Shown piece by piece: positions 61,981-64,000 of a stretch of 64,000 bases of DNA. The stretch is from an uncultured Actinomycetes bacterium (lineage in GTDB: Bacteria > Actinomycetota > UBA4738 > HRBIN12). How positions within the stretch are numbered: position 1 is the stretch's first letter; every line of letters starts with the position of its first letter. The DNA is taken from the NCBI GenBank assembly GCA_963777495.1, contig CAVZQM010000004.1:242679-306678 (forward strand). The letters run 5' to 3'. The position numbers and the translations under genes were made by a program. The notes under the pieces were generated by a model. It was given only the letters and a program-made list of their open reading frames with translations, was not told where the DNA came from and searched no databases.

Positions 61981-62916
61981 TCATCGCGGGCGCTGCACCA
62001 GGTTGGACGCGAAGAACCACATGTTCGCCGGCCGCTCGGCGAGCCGTCGCGTCAGGTAGGGGTACCACTCCGTGCCGTACGGGACGTAGACGCGGACCGG
62101 GTACCCGCGCCGCGCGAGGTCGGCCTGCAGATCCCGGCGCACACCGTACAGCATCTGGAACTCCACCCGTAGCCAGCCGTCCTCGCGTCCATCCACGATG
62201 CGGCGAATGCCCTCGAGCATCGTCGGATCGTGCGTGGCCACATCGATCTGGTGCCCTCGGGCGAACAGGGTCGCGAAGAGCCGCCGGAAGCTCTCGTCGA
62301 CCTCCTCCTTCTCGGTGAACACCACGTCGGACGGCTCGAGGTACGAGCCCTTCACCAGCCGGACGCGGATGCCAACCGGGAGGTCGAAGACATCGGTGGC
62401 CGACCGGCGCAGGTAGGACTGCAGCGCCACGCCGACGCGCGGGTGATCGGAGTGGATCCTCCGCACCACCTCGAGCGTTCGGTCGACGTACCGATGCGCC
62501 TCCATGTCGATCATGACCAGGGTGGCCGCCCGGTCGGCCGCGGTGAGGATCGGCTGGACGATCGAGAGGCACTCCTCGACCGAGCGATCGAGCCCGAGCT
62601 GCGTGAGCTTCAGCGAGATGGCGATGTCCAGGGTCGTGTCCGTCTCGATCGCCTCGAGGGCGGCCAGGTAGGCGCCGCGCGCATCGGCCGCCTGCGCGGG
62701 CGTCTCCACGTTCTCCCCCAGGTGATCGAGCATGGCGGCGATCCGCGCCCGGTCGAGATCGCGGGCCACCCGGATCGCTTGATCCAACGTCTCCCCGGCC
62801 ACGAACCGCGACGCCACGGCGCGCCCCGGCCGGGTCTCGGTCGCGAACCGCCGGAACCACGGGAACCCGGCCAGGCCGAGGATCAGCGGCCGGACCACCG
62901 ACGTCGACAGCGTCAT
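61981..62916 (-). CDS. monofunctional proline dehydrogenase
   Basis: RFVAGET, DHLGE, SLKLTQLG, IDME, RLVKGSY, ATHD, EFQMLYG, YLTRRLAERP. Confidence 0.95.
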   Translation of the reverse strand: MTLSTSVVRPLILGLAGFPWFRRFATETRPGRAVASRFVAGETLDQAIRVARDLDRARIAAMLDHLGENVETPAQAADARGAYLAALEAIETDTTLDIAISLKLTQLGLDRSVEECLSIVQPILTAADRAATLVMIDMEAHRYVDRTLEVVRRIHSDHPRVGVALQSYLRRSATDVFDLPVGIRVRLVKGSYLEPSDVVFTEKEEVDESFRRLFATLFARGHQIDVATHDPTMLEGIRRIVDGREDGWLRVEFQMLYGVRRDLQADLARRGYPVRVYVPYGTEWYPYLTRRLAERPANMWFFASNLVQRPR

Positions 62917-62919
62917 CCG

Positions 62920-63564
62920 TTACTCGTCATGACGATCCTCGATGCCGCCGCGGAGCACCTCCACGAACTCGCGGATCCGCATGGAACGCCGTTCGGGTGT
63001 CCGGTGGATCAGGCCGGGATCGAGGTCCTCTGAGACGAGGGCGTCCTGGAAGCGCTCGGCGAGCCAATCCATCATCGAGGCGAGCATCTCCACGTCGACG
63101 TCGCTGCGGACCTCTTCGCGCCACACGCCGAACTCCACGAACTCGAGCGTGCCGTACGGGTCCTCGCTCCGCATGAATCGGTCGATCGGACGACGGAGCC
63201 CGAACCCGGTGTCGTACCGGCCGATCATCGCCACCCGGTTGGCGACCCAGTCCTGCCGCCCGAACTCCTCGGTCCGCTCGAGCCACCAGTCGAGCGTGGC
63301 CCAGAAGCCGCTCGCGACCACGTCCTCGGGCGCGTCCAGCCAGGCGGGCAAGCTGGACACCGCGCGCTGGTACGCGGCCAGGAAGAGCCCCTCCTTGCTG
63401 GAGAAGTCGAGGAACACCGTGCCTTTCGCCACGTCGACCTCGTTGGCGATGTCTTCGACCCGGGCGCCCCGGTACCCGTGCTCGGCGAAATGCCGCATCG
63501 CGACCTCGACGATCCGCTCGCGACGCGCTACGGCGTCGGCGGCACGCTGACTGCGGGACCCCAT
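62920..63564 (-). CDS. TetR/AcrR family regulator
   Basis: IVEVAMRHFAEHGY...VAKGTVFLDFSSKEGL. Confidence 0.9.
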   Translation of the reverse strand: MGSRSQRAADAVARRERIVEVAMRHFAEHGYRGARVEDIANEVDVAKGTVFLDFSSKEGLFLAAYQRAVSSLPAWLDAPEDVVASGFWATLDWWLERTEEFGRQDWVANRVAMIGRYDTGFGLRRPIDRFMRSEDPYGTLEFVEFGVWREEVRSDVDVEMLASMMDWLAERFQDALVSEDLDPGLIHRTPERRSMRIREFVEVLRGGIEDRHDE

Positions 63565-63581
63565 GGCGCCGCGACAGTAGC

Positions 63582-63962
63582 GGAAATAGAAGAACCCGAG
63601 GGACCTCCGGCTCGCCGAGAACCGAAGCTCTCAGCCACCGTCAGCCCCTCGGGCTCTGATGCTCCAAGCAACCTCCGCGCCCGTCGCGCGGACCTCCGGA
63701 CCCCGCAGGATCGCCTTGCGGCTCTCCAGACGGTCCGCCACCGAGGACTCCACCTTGCGGCTTCGTCCGGCGGCGGGGCCCCGACCCGACTCCCCCTTGC
63801 GGGTTCGTCCGCGATCTGGACCGCCGTTCCGGTCTTGCGACCTTCCCGACCGACTCGCTGTTGCCTTGCGGCCTTCCCGAGTCTGGGACCTCGGTTCCGC
63901 CTTGCGGCTTCCCCGCTGCCCCGTCCGGTTCCTTCGCGTCAGTTGCTTCGACTGCTTGGAGC
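63582..63962 (-). ncRNA. candidate ~380-nt structured non-coding RNA of unrecognised family
   Basis: 10-bp closing helix, six GCAA-capped arms, 3' UUCG-capped long hairpin with U-rich tail, sigma70 promoter directly upstream, no ORF in the track. Confidence 0.8.
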
Positions 63963-63969
63963 GAGGCGA

Positions 63970-63998
63970 AATGTATCGGCCGGTCGGACCGGGGTCAA
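63970..63998 (-). promoter_or_regulatory. sigma70/SigA promoter driving the ncRNA
   Basis: TTGACC-N17-TACATT; +1 predicted at about 63962, the first base of the closing helix. Confidence 0.8.
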
Positions 63999-64000
63999 CC

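Noticed and set aside
63710-63910. CCTTGCGG-like repeats every 31-42 bp as a CRISPR array
   Set aside because: The repeat core is only ~8 nt, the intervening sequence pairs with itself, and no cas genes are present; better explained as RNA hairpins
1-64000. Many long Arg/Ala/Pro-rich ORFs in alternative frames and antisense
   Set aside because: Shadow ORFs expected from high GC and scarce stop codons; no motifs

Overview
High-GC actinobacterial chromosomal segment, probably from a deep-branching Actinomycetota lineage (inference from bS22, clpS-DUF2017, rex-glutaredoxin, a SigK/RskA-like pair and leaderless promoters). Many single-base frameshifts, densest in 1-20 kb, look like long-read consensus errors rather than true pseudogenes. 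Contents: (1) 1-16.9 kb respiratory supercluster: heme o synthase, caa3-type oxidase, tandem cupredoxin protein and System II cytochrome c maturation, then a divergently transcribed b6f-like Rieske/cytochrome b operon that includes a 2[4Fe-4S] ferredoxin, with Rex and a near-consensus Rex operator. (2) 17-22.7 kb ECF sigma/anti-sigma plus DUF4331-TPR-Ni/Co transporter module. (3) 23-39.7 kb housekeeping and amine/acyl-CoA catabolism genes (bS22, Clp1-like kinase, clpS, pyk, acuC, CoA transferase, aminotransferases, P5C-dehydrogenase-like ALDH). (4) 39.9-59.5 kb catabolic cluster, probably GntR-regulated, for an unidentified (amino)sugar-like compound. (5) TetR-proline dehydrogenase-proC genes. 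(6) At the right end, a promoter-driven, highly structured ~380-nt candidate non-coding RNA on the minus strand with six repeated GCAA-tetraloop arms; this is the most novel-looking element. No rRNA, tRNA, CRISPR array or mobile element was seen.
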